DNA of 57,268 bases, filler included, from Stramenopiles sp. TOSAG23-6 (Eukaryota): assembly GCA_900128565.1 (NCBI GenBank). It is 4 parts of 4 records of this genome, joined end to end, with 100 filler letters (N's around TTAATTAATTAA, not from the genome) between each part and the next. Parts side by side here need not be neighbours in the genome. Positions count along the whole stretch, not along the records: positions 43,137 to 57,268 come from LT636146.1; 3 more parts are not named here. The stretch is one strand, 5' to 3'. The translations under genes were made by a program, and so were the position numbers. Below, one piece after another: positions 55,217 through 57,268 of this stretch. Each line of letters opens with the position of its first letter. Positions within the stretch are counted from its first letter, which is position 1. The notes under the pieces were generated by a model that saw only the letters and a program-made list of their open reading frames with translations, had not been told where the DNA came from and searched no databases.

Positions 55217-56440
55217 TTATAAAAATATTGTACGACTTTTAGCAGCAGCTTCTTCTTCATTTGTGAAGAAGAATAGCATTTGTTGAATATCTTCCACGGA
55301 AAATTTCGTTCCTTCTGGTCCGTAGGGTGGTCCGTAGGGAGGTGCACTACTTTCCGGGGCTGTGGGGAATAAATCTGGATGTGATGAAGAACAAGTCATT
55401 TTTGTTGGTGAATATACAACAACAAGTTTACCTCGGAACCCATTCGAAGGTCTACCCATTCTCTTGTAAGTAGGTGTCGCATTATAAATGAGTTCACCAA
55501 TATGGTTTACTGGTCCAGTGGTGTTATTCATATCAAAATAAACTTGGAAATCTGGTTTCACAGCATTCTTGCTCGGAAAGCCGAATAGAATTGGTTTTGA
55601 AAATTCTCTGTTACAAAGAAAGTTTTTTTCTTCTTCCCAATTTTTTGGCCAATTTTTTATTCCAGATACAGGAATATCAGGCGCTGTGCTGATCTGTTCA
55701 GACGTGCATGGCAATATCTCAAGTGCAGCATATTTCAGGTGTTTATTATCCCAGTCTTTATGCGCCTGGGCAAGTTTCTCTTCACTGAACATTCCATCAT
55801 CGTCATACATGTTTTTGAACAAATACATATTTTTTTCACTCTCTTCAGCATCAAAATCATCAGTGAGTGGAGGTAGATTTATCCGTGCAATCGGAAAGGG
55901 GGGATAATATCCTGTTTGATGTGTACGACCAGGTAAAATTGTAATGATGCCACTGGCTTTGAGAGCTTCAAACACCTGTTTGAACTTCTTTATATGAAAG
56001 CAGGCGTCTTGTGGGCCAAGGAGGGCGCGTTCATGAGGTGGATGTACAGGTATAGTAGCTATACACCACATGCAGTCTTCGCTTTCCGCCAGAATCTTAG
56101 CGGCACTATCCAAGTCACTGTCATCGGCTGGAAGCATCCGCCTGGCCCACTTGTGAAGGGCTTTCAAACCCATGTGAAGAGAGTATCGCACAACCAACGA
56201 CGCTTTACCAAATCCATCTCGTCCAAGTTGTGCACGAAGGGGTAGAGGATCAATGGTGCCGTTATTTGGATCACGAACATGTATCGTGAAGGTTGGGTCC
56301 ACTGCTAGTACTGGTGCACCACCACCACCAATAGGAGGAGGTGGAGGTTTTTGTGCACAGTCAGCGATTTGCTCTTCGTCGTCACTACTAGTATTTTGCT
56401 CCGCAGCCCAAGCATCCCACTTGCTATAGTTTGTTGCCAT
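55217..56440 (-). CDS. Uncharacterised protein starting with an NYSKWD motif
   Basis: 407-aa ATG ORF, MATNYSKWD...SSDDE N-terminus. No other domain recognised. Confidence 0.7.
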   Translation of the reverse strand: MATNYSKWDAWAAEQNTSSDDEEQIADCAQKPPPPPIGGGGAPVLAVDPTFTIHVRDPNNGTIDPLPLRAQLGRDGFGKASLVVRYSLHMGLKALHKWARRMLPADDSDLDSAAKILAESEDCMWCIATIPVHPPHERALLGPQDACFHIKKFKQVFEALKASGIITILPGRTHQTGYYPPFPIARINLPPLTDDFDAEESEKNMYLFKNMYDDDGMFSEEKLAQAHKDWDNKHLKYAALEILPCTSEQISTAPDIPVSGIKNWPKNWEEEKNFLCNREFSKPILFGFPSKNAVKPDFQVYFDMNNTTGPVNHIGELIYNATPTYKRMGRPSNGFRGKLVVVYSPTKMTCSSSHPDLFPTAPESSAPPYGPPYGPEGTKFSVEDIQQMLFFFTNEEEAAAKSRTIFL

Positions 56441-56558
56441 TTCCTGAAATAAAACTTGTTTAAATCAAAGTGTCACTCACGTCACGCATGCAATCGCAAT
56501 ATCGCAATATCATTGTATTCGAATTTCAAAAAAGCTCCAAAACCAGCTAATACCTATA

Positions 56559-56573
56559 CTAGGGTTAGGGTTA
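56559..56573. promoter_or_regulatory. CTAGGGTTAGGGTTA motif in divergent promoter
   Basis: Lies between genes starting at 56440 (-) and 56734 (+). Exact reverse complement of 13356-13370. Confidence 0.5.
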
Positions 56574-56733
56574 TAGTAGTCAGTGAAGCCTATACGTCAG
56601 TCGATCTTATACAAGCTATTTACTACTGTAGGTACAATTCAGTTACTTCCCAGTAGTTCATTGCATGTACTTGGGTATCCTCTTATTTGTTATCAACTAG
56701 TAATTAAACTATTGCATGTTGTAATTTGCTTGG

Positions 56734-57207
56734 ATGGAGTCCTTAAATCAAGAGTATAATATTGCGGTAGAGCGGGTAAAAAAGTCAGCTAAAGAATTAC
56801 GTTTTGCTCTCGCTGCTGATGCACAACCTTTGCTAAGTAGTACCATAGAGACTCTCCGAAAGGAACTCTGCCAGTCACAAACTCATCTTTCTGCTGTAAA
56901 GTTAGCAAGAAAAAAAGAGATTCGAAAAGCACGGTCTCGTGCTGCTAATAAAAATCCTAACCCTAATCTTACTCCCTCAGAAGCAGCAAGGCTCCGTGTG
57001 ACAGGTCTACCCAGCTCTAGTTATTGGTCAAGTCAACCAGATAAACATTCCTGGAAATATTATCCAAAACCTCGTGACATTCCACAGGATTGCGATTCCT
57101 GGACAATAAGTTTCGATATCAGAGACACAAAAGCTGCAAGAGAATTCTGGGAAGAATGGGGATTTGTCATATTTCGAAACGTATTATCTTCAAAAGAGTG
57201 TTCTGAT
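56734..57207 (+). CDS. First exon of a probable phytanoyl-CoA dioxygenase (PhyH)-like protein
   Basis: AREFWEEWGFVIFRNVLSSKEC resembles the start of PhyH-type 2OG-Fe(II) domains. Catalytic motifs would lie outside the window. Confidence 0.55.
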
Positions 57208-57268
57208 GTATGCTTTATTTTTTTTTCAATTTCGAAGTTTTTTTTTCGTACGAAATTTTGTACCTAAC
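57208..57268 (+). other. Repeated-family intron, 5' part
   Basis: AT|GTATGC...TTTCGTACGAAATTTTGTACCTAAC at the window end. Confidence 0.8.

Noticed and set aside
56956..56967. CCTAACCCTAA telomere-like motif
   Set aside because: Inside a coding exon, explained by NPNPN codons.
1..57268. Alternative genetic code, tRNA/rRNA genes or an autonomous transposase
   Set aside because: Long conserved genes read normally with the standard code and ordinary stops. No tRNA, rRNA or intact transposase was recognised by eye.

Overview
AT-rich, gene-dense eukaryotic DNA, probably from a flagellated protist (CEP83-like and NDPK/Dpy-30/adenylate-kinase genes). It is made of four contigs joined by artificial N-TTAATTAATTAA-N linkers, plus one plain N gap. 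About 27 protein-coding genes or gene fragments can be supported. The main discovery is a family of 92-101 nt introns with a shared sequence: donor GTAYGT, core TTCGTACGAAATTTTGTACCTAAC, end (C/A)AATAC-NN. Reading frames and conserved protein motifs place their 3' ends at AT (usually), GT or TT instead of AG. That terminal dinucleotide usually repeats the two exon bases before the donor, and the element has GTAT...ATAC inverted ends. This points to an introner-like transposon combined with AG-independent 3' splice-site choice. Other strong leads: (1) a thioredoxin ending CKGGQ-TGA-TAA with a SECIS-like hairpin, a candidate selenoprotein with terminal Sec; (2) a secreted OspF/SpvC/LanL-type phosphothreonine lyase-like gene head-to-head with a secreted kinase-like gene; (3) a signal-peptide polyQ-ankyrin-SET protein; (4) a nicotinic alpha-like Cys-loop channel with an EF-hand; (5) a mosaic LRR gene; (6) recurrent TTAGGGTTAGGG and CACGAAA promoter motifs. 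All calls come from manual reading; no database search or RNA evidence was available.
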